DNA of 64,000 nucleotides. It comes from Felis catus. Taxonomy: Eukaryota. Below the pieces are notes generated by a model that saw only the letters and a program-made list of their open reading frames with translations, was not told the DNA's origin and ran no database searches. Made by a program: the position numbers and the translations under genes. Shown here piece after piece: positions 1 through 13,412 of this stretch (positions within the stretch are counted from its first letter, which is position 1; each line of letters begins with the position of its first letter). The DNA is taken from assembly GCF_018350175.1 (NCBI RefSeq), contig NC_058383.1, positions 682,001-746,000 of the forward strand, read 5' to 3'.

Positions 1-3000
1 GTGGGAGGAGGTGTCGGTGGCCCCGAAGGGTGAAAGGGCCCGGCTGCAGGCAGGTCTGAGGCCTGCCGTGTCCCCCCCACCCCCACAGCTGCTCCTGAGG
101 TCAAAGCACATCTGTGCAGCCACTGAGCTCTCTGAAGGAGGCGGCGGGACCAGCTGTCGCCCCCAGGTCGCAGCGCGGGGAGCCAGCCCTTCAGGAGCCA
201 CGCGGACGGGACCACCCCCCCCCCCCCCCCGACTGTTGGAGTTCTGGAGCGTCCTCACTGCGTTCCGCTCCTGGCCGCCCACACGCTTAGGGCGCGCCAC
301 CGGCCCCTGGACCGTCTGGGGGCCCTGATCCCATGTGGGAAGGAGCGCTCCCATCCGGACACGCGAGGCTACACGCGGCAGCTCTGGGCGCCACCTCCCA
401 GCGAGCGCCACCCTGTCCCAACTGCGCACCAAACGTGGAGGACGGGAGCGGGGACACGTTCGCCTCGCAAAGTATCAACAGCGAGACTGAGTGACGGCTG
501 AGGGTCCGTGGGCAGGGGGAGGAAGGGTGGGACCGCGGTGGCCAGGGCTCCTTGGCACGGCCCCCTCCCTGCCGCCCACGCCTGCCATTCTCTGCGACAG
601 AACTTGTAACAGAGGGTCCCGCAGCGTTTCCAGCAACAGTCACCCAAACGCACTCCCCCACACCAGCGGCAGAAGTCACACTCGCCACGTGCACACACAA
701 CACGCTCATCGGGGACATCCGTCCGCACCCCACCTCAGCAGAGCCAACCTGAACCCCCGGCCTGCGCTCCCCTAACCCGCCAGAGAGCTCCGCACAACGG
801 AAACCTGAGCACGCCTTCCTGGACCCCCCAACGCCCTCACGGCGCCCCACAGCCACCCGGTGGCTGCTGAGCCCCGGGCCGGCACCCCCCACCCCCACCC
901 AGAGAGGGGCCGCAGCCTGCTGGGGTCTCCAGGCCCGCACGCCGCTGCGGGGAGGCCTTCAGAACACGCGGGCCCGGGCCAGCCCCCCCCCAGGTGCTCA
1001 GTGAACGCGCAGACCTGGCAGAGACCCCCACACGGACAGGGGCGCGGTTTCCGTCGGATCAGTAGGCACAGAGACACTTCCGCTCAGTGGCCGTGTCAGC
1101 ATGCGTGGCTGTTTGGGAAGATCCGATGTGCTTATGTCCCTAAACCACAATGAAATTCCTGGTGGATCAAGCCTCCCATCACTGGAAGAGACACAAGCCA
1201 CAGGCAATCTGGGAAGGTTCTAGAAAAGATCACGAGTGTGTTTGCTTATGGTCTTGAAGTCTGGAAGGCGTTCTGAGAGGAAACCTGCCAACGTAAAACC
1301 TACAGCCTCCCATCGACGGCGAACAAAGCCTGGTCCGTCCAGTAGAATATTAACATTTCAGCCTTGAAGACAGAGGGGAGACTCCAATGCGCACCGGGAC
1401 CCACTCCCACAAGGTCCCACGCACCGAGGGCCCACTGCCACGAGTTTGCGGGAAACGAAAGGCAGAAACCAGGCGGAGGCAGCGCAATCCCTTCCCCTGG
1501 AGGGTCCCCTGCACGCGGGCCGTGTGGGCCCCTGGTGGAGACGAGGCTCTGGGGACGGCGGATCATGAAAGGGCGAGCAGGCGCCTCCGGAGTGGTAGCC
1601 GCAGTGACCAGAGGTGCCATTTCCCGGTGGACATGCCAGGCGGGAAGCCACAGGCGTGGGCGCCGCATGCAGAGCTGGGCCACTGGAAGGCAGGTGCCTC
1701 CTCCCACACCTTCCAAACGCGAAGCCGGCTCCATTTGACCCAAGGGCACAGACACCTGACGGGAATCAGGCGGGGCTGTGGGGGCAGCAAAGACCGTGTC
1801 CCAGGGGGGCGCCAGCGCGGGCCTCCCTGCTTCCCTCTGTCCCTCTCTGCGTCGGAGAAGACGTCTCCCCACTGAGCCGTGGCCCCAGCTGCACTCAGCA
1901 TCTGCTCCGGCACCCCCTTCCTCCACCCCTGCTGCTGCCTCCGCCTGCCCACACTGTTCCCAACACTCGAATGCCCTCCCCACTCTCTTCTGCCCATCCT
2001 CGAAGACCGGGCTCAAAGGTCGCTGGTTCTGGTAACTGAGCCCCCCAAAAGTACAGGGAAATGGGGTCCTTTCCTCCTCTGTGAGCCCACAGCGTTGAGG
2101 CACAGGGCAGCCTCCTCCCAGAAAGGTCCCCACTGGGATGAGCCCGCAGCAGGAGGGAGGCACAGCTGCGGGCAGGGTCCTGACGGCGCACGGCCACGCA
2201 CCACACAGCGCCTCGACCGGGGCTCCCCACGGTTGGTCGCGGGTGGTGGGACCCAGGGCAAGCGGCTTCGCCCTCGGCTGGAGCACAGGTGACCCCATCA
2301 CTGACTCTCACGGGGCAGCTGTGCGGGTCGGGACAGACCCAGGGCCCTGATGCAGAGCGCAGCATCACCTAAAGTTACACCGAGATACCCGAGGCTTTCT
2401 CACTGCAAAAGCCGCGCGCGTGCACGACTGACTGTCTCGGGAAGACTGGTGCTGCCCCAAGGAACCCACGTGACCTCCAGTCAGTCACCCGCCTCCTCCG
2501 GGCCTCAATGTTCCCGCCTTTACAAACGGGAGCGGGGAAGCCGGCCAGGCCCCCACGGAGTCCCCCTGGAGATGAGGACAAGTGTGGGTGACCACAGTCC
2601 TCTCGGCCACCTGCCCTTCACCCCGGCCTCTCCCTACAACCCCCGCTCTGACCCCAGCCAGCTGGTGAATTCCTCACACCCCAGCAGGCAGGCAATTCAC
2701 CCATGTTTAGTGACCGCGGCTCAAGAATGGAGCGGAGCCAGGACCCGAGGCGCCCACTGGGTCTCAAAGCCAGTGCCTGCCCCCTTCCTGGGGCCGCGTC
2801 GCCCCCCGGGGGTGGGGGGCAGAGGTGCAGTGGGCCCGCTCACCGCCAGGGGGCATCTTGAGGAGCGGCCCTCCGGGACTCAGTGCTGAAGGAATGGCCC
2901 CAGTCCCTGCCCCTGGGCAACAGGCTGTCCCACCCCTCTCTGGGCCCCCGCGCCCTCGCCCATGGAACGGGTACTGGCGACAGAAGACATCGGGCAGCTC

Positions 3001-4103
3001 AAACCCATCGTCCACGGGGCCTCGTCAGGTGGCACCAGCAGGAGAGCCGTTTGGGTGGGGAGAAGGGGAACAGGAGGGTCTGCGGCATTCTGGGAACGGC
3101 ACACGGCCAAATGCTAGAAGATTCAAAGCGTTGTGGCACCCAACCACCAAGACCACAGACAGACCGCCACATGTCCACAGCTGGGCGACAGACGGGCCAG
3201 GCTCTAACCGCTCTGTGCTCACAAGCCTGGGCAGCTCTTCTCAGCAAAGACTCCGCAGAGACCCCAAAGCTGTGCCTTGTTCTCCTTCTGGAACCACACG
3301 ACTCCCCATCAGCTGGACTAATTCTGGGCACGAGGAAAAGAACTCTTCTCTTTCCCTGGGGGGGTTACTGAGCTGGGGGGTACCATCACACGGAGACCGG
3401 CTGGCCCAGCACAGTCCTGTCCTGGCGGGGTGCAAGCCCAGCTTCTCCCAGTCCTAGCTGGGGGCTCCGAGCAGCCTGCCTAACCTCTCTGTGCCTCTAC
3501 GCCTCATCAGAGGCCCCAGCAGCGAAGCCGGCCAGGGCTGTTCTAACGAGACGGTGCCCGTGAGGCCCGAGGTCCAGGGACTAGCTCGGAACAGGTCACG
3601 TGAAGCAAGCTCCAGTCCTCAAGGTCTCCTCTGCCCGGAGCTGGAGGCTTTATGCAAGAAGAAAACCAAATTCGTTGCATGTTCAAGCCATTAAGCTCCT
3701 CCTGAGATGAGGCCCTGCGTTCTCCAAAATGCTAATTTTGGTTTTTTTTGTGTTGTCTGAAAGGGAAGCAGCACGCCCTGAAGCCAGAGCCAGGCCAGAC
3801 GGGAGAGAAGGGCCAGGCAGAGGCCATGCCTCGGCCGCAGCGTGTTTTTCTCATCACCTGGGAACCCGAGCCAATCTGTGGAAAAACAGACCGCAGAGAT
3901 GCGCGGGCGGGAGGCAGAGGGACAGCGGCAGGTAGCAGGAGACAGCCGCTCAGGCCAGAGGTGCGGCGCTCCAGCCAGAGGCCGGTTCTAATTAGAGCTG
4001 CAGAGAGCAGGGCCAGCCAGGAAGACCGCCCCAGGGTGAGATGCCCTCGCCCGCTCGTGGGGCAGGTGGCTCCAGCAACGGGGCCCTGCCGAGGCCCGAA
4101 GCA

Positions 4104-4104
<1 letters not shown>

Positions 4105-4152
<48 letters not shown>
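4105..4152. repeat. (CA)24 microsatellite
   Basis: Perfect CA run. Confidence 0.97.
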
Positions 4153-4156
<4 letters not shown>

Positions 4157-6619
4157 AACGGGGCCTCCTCATTGCCACACTTCCCGACTCCCAGGGGCAC
4201 GGCGGTGCTCTCTGGACACCCCAAGCAGAGCAGGCTGGGAGAGACCCGACTGAACCCGGGGGCTCCCACCTCCCTCCCTCAGGCCTGGGATGCACCCTCA
4301 GGGCCAGGCCGCGGTTCATGGCCCTTCCCAGGGCTGTGGAGCGCCCCGCAGGCTGCCCTCTGAGGCCGCCTGTGTCCCTGAGCAGAGTACGTGCCCCCAG
4401 CACCCCCAGGAAGGACAAAGGATCTGACTTTGCTCACCGTACCTGACACCAAGCAAGGAGCCTGCACCTGCCCCCTGCCCCCAGGACCCTCACCCGGAGT
4501 AACTCAATTTAGCAGAGGAGCTGTGGAGGGGCGTGAAGACACCAGCTCCAGCCCCGGCTCGGACACCTACTGTGACCTGGAGCGAAGGACAAAGGCCCTC
4601 CCCTCACTGGGCCTCGAAACCATCTGTACACAGAGGTTGGGAGATGAGCTGGTCACCCACAGCCCTTCTTGCTGCATCCGGAGGCCCAGAGCAGCCAGCT
4701 GACCCACCTCAGGCCCAGGATGGAGCAGAGCATGACCTTGTGGAGTGGCCACGGACTGAGCACTGGGAGGGAGTGAGGCCGGGCTGTGGGGCTCGTGTGG
4801 GCATCTGGGCCAGCATCAGAGCAGCAAGGCCGTGGGCAGGGAGAAGCCCAGTGACGTAGTCTGCCCTCCACACAGCCAAAGGGCTGCCGGAAAGAGGATG
4901 ACGACGGTGACTAGGATGGGGAGGGGGAGGGGGAGGAGGGTGGGGGTGATGGTGGCGGTGTGGGTGACGATGACAGGGACGATGACAATGGGGATGACGA
5001 CACAACACGGGAGGACACTCCCACGGACATTACTACAATCCACCGTCACTGCAACCCTCGAAGTGGGTTTTATTCCTCCCCTTTGACACTTTTGACACGT
5101 TTGAGGAAACGGAGTCCCCGAGAAGGTCGTCACGCAACTTCAAGACATGATTCAACTGCCTCCTTCCAAAAGACATTTTAACACACGTGGGATTCTGCAG
5201 CGTGAATGTGTGCATGTGTGAGTATGCCTGTGTCTGTACACATGTGTGTGTGAGTTGGGGTGTGTATGTGCTTAAAAAATCTCTGAGCTGCCACCGTGTT
5301 CAGGGGTCTTCTGGTCCTCCCTCTGGCTCCCCAGATCCCCCACTGCCAGTTCACCCCAGGATACCTGCGGACCCCCCCAATGACCACGTCTGGATCACCC
5401 ACCCTCCAGTGTTCCTTCCTCCTGCAGGTGTATGTGACCTGTCATCAGAGGAGTGAGGGAGGGGGAGCATGGCCTCAGAGCCCCCAAGACTCAGGAGTCC
5501 TGGCTCTGCTGTGACAAGTGTGGGGCCCTGGTCAAAAGACACCCCCTTTTTATGCACGGAGGGGGGTACCTGAGGCAGGGGCCCAGAGAGAGCCTTCGAT
5601 GGACGCTCTCTCCTAGGAGACAGGTGGCGGTTTGGGGGTTAGGACCCTTCCCCCATGGCTATGTGGCATCACCTTCTTTTCAAGAAAAGATTTTGAACAA
5701 AATGCTCACGTCTTCGCGGGCACAAGTATCTGCACACAGACTAAAGGACAGATGCCGTCGTTAACCGACAAGGGCAAAACCACCCAGCCAGTGACCACAG
5801 GGTTACTGGTCTCACACCTGAGCTGGGGGCGGGTCTTTCAGCACAAAGGTGCGCTCACCCCCAGCGGATTCACTCTGGGGGATTCACGCGGGAGGCAGTC
5901 TCTGAGTCTGGACGTGCATCTGGAAAGAATGGGCCCCAAACCACAGTCCAAGCTGCTGAGCCCGCCTTCTCCTGAACTGGAAAAAGCCAAGTATTTGCAT
6001 GTCACACAGGGGACATCAAGGGAAAGGTCAAGAGACGAGTCTCTGGCCGCCAGCTCCCCCGGAGGCCACTTCCTGAACGGTCAGCCTGTTCCTTCAGAGG
6101 CCAGAAAGAGGAGCCCCCCCAGGGTTTCAATATGGAAAGTGAGTTTTCCTGAGGGCAAAACAAAGATCTGAACCACAGACACACCCCCTGACAGAAAGCT
6201 CTCTTCCTAAGTCAGCCTCGCAAAGAGGAATTTTCAATCCAACCATCTGCTTCCTGCACTTCTGTCCACCTGGCTCCCAGATCTGGAAAAGTCCGAGGCG
6301 GCAGGAACTGCACGAGTTTGGAAAGTCAGGGCCAAGGGCACAGGACCCCGGCACAGACAGTTCCTGGACACACGTGGCCAGAGACACCACTTGGATCAAC
6401 GCGTCCTCGGGCCACACCGGCCCCCGGCCAGCCAGTGCCTGGGAGCGGGGAAGGGGCCACCAAAGGGTGTGGAGGGCGTGGCTCGAACACAACTGCCCCC
6501 CAAGGGGCACCCGGGCTCCACAGAAGGGGGGACTTGAAGCTCCGTGGGGCCAGAAGGGAAGCTGAGTGTGGGGTTCCTCACAAAGTTACACTATCTGCCC
6601 CGCGATAAGGGAAGGACTA

Positions 6620-7080
6620 TCTGCCCCGCAAGCCACCTCTGGGTTTGCAACCAAAAGACCCAGACGCCCGTGTTCACGGGAGCATTTTGCCCGACGACCA
6701 AGAGGTGGGAGCAGCCCCAGCGTCTGTCAGCGGAGAAGCGGATAAACACATGGTGGTCCCCCTGCAACGGGGAGACCCCCCACCCTCAGAAAGAAGCGAG
6801 GACTGACCCGGGGCACCCCGAGGGTGCGAGCCGACACAAGAGGACAGATGCGGTGTGACTGTTCCGGGGGTCTGTCTGTGAAGCCGCACTTGGGGGAGGT
6901 CAGGTGGGTGCCGTTGACCAGACCGTACCTCGGCTTCGCGGGAGCCGGTCTGCAGCCTCCCTGCCTCAGGCGGCGTCCCCGCGGCCAGGCCAGGCCAGGC
7001 GAATGTTCTGGGAGGATCCCTGGGAGGGGACGATCCCGTGAGTACTGGGACAGTCCCGAGATTCCGGCCACACGCCAAGC
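6620..7080 (+). mobile_element. GC-shifted L1M 3' end remnant
   Basis: tgttcacgggagcattt...ccaagaggtgggagcagccccagcgtctgtcagcggagaagcggataaacacatggtggtcc. Confidence 0.55.
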
Positions 7081-8122
7081 ACCCCTCTGTGCCCTGTGAC
7101 GCCAGCATGGCAGTGTCTGGAGCACAGGGGGCACCCGGCCGGTCTGGGCCGCCACAACCGAGCTTTCCTGCCCCCGACCTCCACCCTGCTGCGCCCTACC
7201 TGGGGACAGTCACCCCATGCTACACGTTGGGGCCTCCCCGGACGACCGTCCCAGCACAGCCTCCAAACTTGCGGGCGTCTGCGTTCCCTTGACGGACACT
7301 TCCGGGGGAGGCCGGCCCCGCGAGGCAGGACCTCGTCCTCTGCTCCGCCGCCCCCAGCACCTGCGCGCAGCCCAGCACACGCTCTGCAATCGCGCCCTGA
7401 CCTCCGTGGAGCCGGACACACAAACTCGGGGTGACCTCCATCTGTTCGCCTCTTTCACCGTCAACTTTATCAGGTCAGGGGCCGAATGACGGGTGACAGC
7501 TGGGTGCCCCCGCTCAGGTGAAGTCGACCTCGGGCGGCAGCCAGGGCACGCTGCTCACACCGTTACCTCCTGCTGTCACCCTCACGAGGCCGGGGGATGC
7601 CACGCCCTCAGCCCCACCCACCACCCTCAGCCCCACCCACCACCGCTCACGCAGGGTCCAGGCCAGCGCTGCTCTTGCGTCCGGAAACACACGAGCAAGG
7701 AGATGTTCCTGGAGGTGACCGTCACCGCCACCGCGGTGCTTAATGCGGACCAGACCGGGACACCAAGGCCCAGAGAACAAAACCAACCTTCCGTGTGAGC
7801 TGGGTTTTGGGGGACAGCCCAAATCACGGCGCCCCGGAACTCCCTCCCCACACTCGGGGACGGGCCCGACCCGGTGGGGACGGGCCCGACCCGGTGACGA
7901 CGGGGCCAGCGGCTGCAGCATACAGGTCAGGGGCACACGCCGGCCGGGCTCCGGCATCGAGGTCCGCCCCGCACCGCCCGGCAGCTGCGTGCCCACAGCG
8001 TCTCCTCTACCCAGAGCGGCGCCTCCTCCCCCGAGCTGGCCGCAAAGTGCCAGGACCCCGATGGACCCAGGCACGGTCCATCCCTTCCCTAAGGGCTGAA
8101 ACCGGGTAAAGAATGGACGGTG

Positions 8123-8587
8123 GGGGCGCCTGGGTGGCTCAGTCGGTTAAGCGTCCGACTTCGGCTCAGGTCACGATCTCGCGGTCCCTGAGTTCCGGCC
8201 CCGCGTCGGGCTCTGTGCTGATATCTCGGAGCCCAGAGCCTGCTTCCGATTCTGTCTCTCCCTCTCTCTCTGCACCTGCCCCGTTCATGCTCTGTCTCTC
8301 TCTGTCTCAAAAATAAATAAACGTTTGGGGCGCCTGGGTGGCGCAGTCGGTTAAGCGTCCGACTTCAGCCAGGTCACGATCTCGCGGTCCATGAGTTCGA
8401 GCCCCGCGTCGGGCTCTGGGCTGATGGCTCAGAGCCTGGAGCCTGTTTCCGATTCTGTGTCTCCCTCTCTCTCTGGCCCTCCCCCGTTCATGCTCTGTCT
8501 CTCTCTGTCCCAAAAATAAATAAACGTTGAAAAAAAAATTTTTTTTTTAAAATAAATAAACGTTAAAAAAAATTTTTTTTTTTTAAA
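8123..8587 (+). mobile_element. Can-SINE (SINEC_Fc type), outer element with a second SINE in its tail
   Basis: GGGGCGCCTGGGTGGCTCAGTCGGTTAAGCG head, (CT)n, A-rich tail; TSD AAAGAATGGACGGTG at 8108 and 8588. Confidence 0.93.
8327..8548 (+). mobile_element. Young-type Can-SINE nested in the previous SINE tail
   Basis: GCGCAG/CAGCCAGG/GGGCTGATGG variant; TSD AAAATAAATAAACGTT at 8310-8325 and 8549-8564. Confidence 0.92.
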
Positions 8588-10446
8588 AAAGAATGGACGG
8601 TGGTCTGTGTGGCCGCTGTGGGGAGCGTCTGACCTCCTGCCTGAGGGTGCGGAGTCTGTCCACAGAGACTAGCCAGGGTCCTGGGGCCATCTCCAGACGC
8701 TCACCTTTCACTCTGGACCCCTGGCACCTTCTGAATTTCGACCCGTGTGAACGCACCATCCAGTCAGAGCCCGGGTTTAAATCTGGACTGAGTTCTTGAT
8801 GTTTACATTCAAGTTAATAAAGCTACAACTCCGAGTCATCTGGTCCCACCTGGTGACCGAGGACCTACCTGCCAGGTGGACACCTCCATGAAGGCTGAGA
8901 ACAGGGGACTGTCTCCAGTTCTGGAGGCCAGGAGCCCAGAATCATCATCAGCAGCAGCAGCAGTCACAGGGCTTCTCTTTGGAGCAATCCCCCCCATGCT
9001 CCCCTCTTGCAAGGACACAAGCCTGCATTTAGGGCCTGTGGAGGGTGAATCCCGGACCACCCCTCCGTGTAAAACCCTCCTGGGGCGTGAGCCCAGCTGG
9101 GAGGCCCACGTGGAGAACTGGCCTCCCGCCCTGCCCGTCACGCCCCCACGTGCTTCTGACGGGTGGGCATCTCAAATGCCCCCGAGACACTCCCGGGACA
9201 CGGCGCCAGCCAGGCCTCACCTCAGAGACTCCGGGAGCGCCCAAGGTGTGGGCAGGCCTTCCCTGCGGCCTTCCTGGGTGACCAGCCTGTGCCGTGTTGC
9301 CAAAAGCCCTGGAAAACGCACCGGCACCTACGGAGACCCTACGCCCCATCTCTCTGGCCCAGCTCCTCTGTGGGGGGCCCATCCTGCGTAAACACCTCTC
9401 CTTCCTGTCCGCCGGGGCACGATGGCATCCAAGAACCGCAAGCCTCCCAATGACCCTCTCTCTCCCCGCACGGTGCGGCGCTCAGCAGATGTTAACCATC
9501 CCAGACAGTCACGCGGAAGGACCCACAAGCGTCACAGAATGAGGCTGCGAGAGGACATTCTCTTATTTTGTGGGTTTGCATGTTGTTTAGATTCTGTATA
9601 GGACTGTCATCAGAACACTAGGTTATCGAACCAAGAAACATAATACACCAAAAATGGAAAAAAAAGAGAATTAAAACACTGCACAGCCTTTCATCCACCC
9701 TGAGGAGCTTAGCTCGAAGGAAGAAACAGACACAGAGGAGAAGTAAGGAAGTTATAGCAACTCCACAGAAATCCATACAATGAGCCCTGAAAAAGTCTTT
9801 ACTGACAAAGAGGGATGTCCGTGACCTCGTAAGCACGACAAACTCGTAGACTGTGATCCCATTTTGTGACAACACGGAATTAGAGTGCACACTTCAAGTA
9901 AGCCCTCAAGGACCACCCCAAAACGCTCCCAGTCCGATTTTCCCAACTGTGTGTAGGACCTTAATTCCCAAGCATGGCACCCAGCCCGTCACAGCTGCCG
10001 GGTGCCCGTCCCTGGACAGACCCCACCCACGGCCATTCCTGCGGCCCTTCTAGACCATGTGACTGACATCAGCACCTGGTCAGCCACGTTCCTGGACCCC
10101 CGAGCCCTGCCTGCCAGTCCCATCTCCCCACCAGGCAGTGAGCTCAGCCCAACAAGGCAGATCCCTGTAGAAGTTGCTGGAAGACTAGGCCCCCAGTGGT
10201 CAGAGCGAGGAGACCCACAGTGTCTCTTGACGACAAAGTCACACGGAACCCGCAGATCCTAACCTGGTATGGAGAAGGACAGCAGGTGCACAGAGCACAT
10301 TATTTCTGGAAGCCGCCCATGTTCTGTGAGCACATGCTTCCAAAAGTGTGCCCTGTGACCGGGTCCCTGGGGTTCAGGGCTGGTGGTGACCAGCAAGGCC
10401 TCCCTGGAGGGGTGTCAATCCCAGCCCCGCCCCTCCCGGGTTCCTA

Positions 10447-10677
<231 letters not shown>

Positions 10678-11054
10678 TTATTGCTGGAGGACCGCAAAGA
10701 CAGACAGCCCGGAGTGTGATCCCGGAATGGGATGTGTCTGTCACCATCGCTGTAAGCAGCTGGAACCAACACGACGAAAGAAAGGGAGGACAAGAAAACA
10801 CGGTGGTCTGAGAGGTGGCCTAAACCTGGAGGACTTGGGGCCTTGGTGGACTGGCCCTGGCGGGCCTTAGGGACCCCTAGAGGATGCTACAAGACCTCCA
10901 GTCCCTTGGATTATCAGTTCTTCTGTTTTATTTCAGTGGCTTTGTTTTTAAGGTAATAAAACACTTGAGTAAATATTTGAAGACTGAAAAAAAAAAACAC
11001 AACTTGAGCCAAGTTTGGAGCCACACCCAAGGCTGACCTTCACCCTCCGAGGCG

Positions 11055-11262
11055 GTGATGGGCGGGCCTTGTAAGGGGGGCTCTGCCGATAAGTGAGCCC
11101 GATGATGGGCGGGCCTTATAAGGGGTGGGGGCTCAGGACCCTGCTGATAACTGGGTGTGGTGATGGGGGGGGTGCCTAGTAAGGGGGGGGGGCTCAGGAC
11201 CCTCGGCATGGCTATGGGGGCCTAGTAAGGGGGGCTCAGCCCCTGCCAGTAACTGGGCGCGG
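11055..11262. repeat. Degenerate G-rich minisatellite, about 4 units
   Basis: Recurrent TGATGGGCGGGCCTT(G/A)TAAGGGG..GCTC and CCTAGTAAGGGGGGCTCAG units. Confidence 0.75.
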
Positions 11263-11628
11263 GGAAGCGTCCACCACAGCAGACCTGCCTGGTCGGAGCT
11301 CCCAGTAAGCACATGCCCAAGAGCTCCATCACCGACCGAACAGCACAAAGTGCCTGCATCTCACATTACAAGCATCTCAAACGCCAAGATTTCTCCCTCA
11401 AAATAAAAGACACCAGTGGGAGGGCTATTTGGGCCGTAACGTGACCCCCTCTTGGAGCTCAGCTGCCAGAAAGCTCTGCCAGGCTGGGGGGTGGCATTAG
11501 GCCCCAGCACATGTGCACATTACATTTAATACCATGGGTCTTCACCCAGGGACTTTGAGAGACGGGACTCAAGCCCTAGAGATTTACTCTTTAAAAATAA
11601 GCCTTTTATTTTAGAATAGTTCAGACTT

Positions 11629-11840
11629 GGGGCGCCTGGGTGGCTCAGCTGGTTAAGCATCCGACTTCGGCTCAGTTCGTGATCTCACGGTCTGTGGGTT
11701 CGAGCCCCGCGTCGGGCTCTGAGCTGACGGCTCGGAGCCTGGAGCCTGTTTCGGATCCTGTGTCTCCCTCTCTCTCTGCCCCTCCCCTGCTCATGCTCTG
11801 TCTCTCTCTGTCTCAAAAATAAATAAAACATTAAAAAAAA
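11629..11840 (+). mobile_element. Can-SINE inserted in an old L1 remnant
   Basis: Full head and tail; TSD TTTTAGAATAGTTCAGACT. Confidence 0.92.
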
Positions 11841-13253
11841 TTTTAGAATAGTTCAGACTCATGGGAAAAGTTGCCAAAGGCAGTGCCCGTACCCTGCAGC
11901 CACTTGGCCCCACTGCTGGCACCTGACCTTGCTCGGGAACACACCACAGCCACGGAACCAGCCACGGAACCAGCCACGGTGTGTGCTGGCAACACGTCCT
12001 CAGTTTCACCTGAGCCGCTCACCCTGTCCCTGGGCCTCACCCAGGTCACATTCAGTGACTGCACCCTGAGCCCCCCACTCTGGAGAGTTGCTTAGGGCGC
12101 CCTTGGTTGGATGACCTGGATGGGTCTGAGAGGTGCTGGCCAGTTACTTTGCAGAATGTCCATCCACCTGGGTTTGTCTGGGATCTTCTCGAGGTGGTAG
12201 GGGGTGCTGGGGGGGGAAGACCACAGAAGTGAAGTGCCCTGGGGGTTTTAAACGACACTTTCAGTGGTTTCTCATCCCTGATGGTGGGCATGTAACGGGG
12301 CCAGAGTCTCAGTGCAGGGGGACGGCACGTTCTGGAGGCCAACCCACGTTCTGGGGATGGCCGCTCGGCAGCGTGAACGTGCTCAGTGGCCCCGGGACCC
12401 AGCTGCCCCCAAAACCCGTGTGTTGAAGCCCAGGCACCAGTGCGTGGTGTCTGGAGGTGGCCCTGAGAGATCAGCGCCCTCCTGGCAAGAGACACCGAGA
12501 GCCTACTCTCCCTTCCCCTGGATGCCCGAGGACACAGGAGGCCGAGCGGCTCCCACCAAGAACCAGCCAGCACCTGCTCCCGGACGTCCAGCCTCCAGAC
12601 CGTGAGCGAGCGTCTTTGCCCCAGCTACGCAGGCTCACAGAGACAATAAGCTACGTTGTGTGTATTTGCCTGATTAGATTTCCTAAAAGGTGAGAAACTA
12701 AAAATACCGAGAAAAGAAACTAAAACTGAGGCTAGAAACACACAAGATAGAAACGACAGAGCCCACGTCTCAGGGCAGACGGGGGGTGGGCAAGGGGCGC
12801 CGGGCAGGGGGCCAGGTCGGAGAGCAGGCAGGGGGCCGGGCACACCAACAGGCACAGGGGCACCACGTGTCCTCGCGCTCCAGAGCACATCCTGACTCAG
12901 GCACGCCTGCTGGTTGCCGTCCCCAAGGGAGGGACACTGAGGAACAGCAACATGGAGGAGGGAATTCCCACCAGGCGGCTCCGAGGCCAGGCTCCAGCCT
13001 CCAGGGCAGAAGGACGTCTAGGAGGACAGGGACCACAGGATCGGGATTCGGGCCCCTCCGCCCACACCCCGTGAGCTGCTGTCCCGTCCCTCCCTGGAAC
13101 ACGTGGGTCGGGAAACCCCACAGGAGAGCCCACGGGCATGACCGTGACCCTGACCATGACGTTGCCATCACACCGGCCCCTCCCCGACCAGAAGGGAGCG
13201 AGGCCGGAAGCCGGGACCCTGAGGGCCCGGGCCAGGGGGGTGGGGGGGCCCAC

Positions 13254-13412
13254 CTTCCTCACGTAGGACACGGCGTCCTCCTCCGTATACACCTCGGCAC
13301 TCACGCCCCCTCGGCGACGGCGGGCTTTCACCACCGGGTTCGGCGGGGTCGGGGAGACCTCCTCGTCGTGGGAGTCTGACTTCTGCTGCGTCAGAATCTG
13401 TCTGGTTTCCTC
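13254..13412 (-). CDS. PRKAR1B: PRKAR1B second coding exon (linker with pseudosubstrate site), 159 nt
   Basis: [58 protein letters not shown] is the type I pseudosubstrate. Acceptor tcttccccacag, donor AAG|GTGGGC; phase 0 at both ends. Confidence 0.97.

Noticed and set aside
1300..2301. 333-aa minus-strand ORF (also the 332-aa ORF at 17378-18376)
   Set aside because: GC-rich intron sequence; no homology or exon structure that I can recognise.
8123..8200. tRNA-like sequences with A and B boxes
   Set aside because: tRNA-derived SINE heads followed by CT tract and A tail, not tRNA genes.
8113..8316. Recurring short ORF family AWVAQSVKRPTSAQV...
   Set aside because: Translation of Can-SINE copies, not a gene family.
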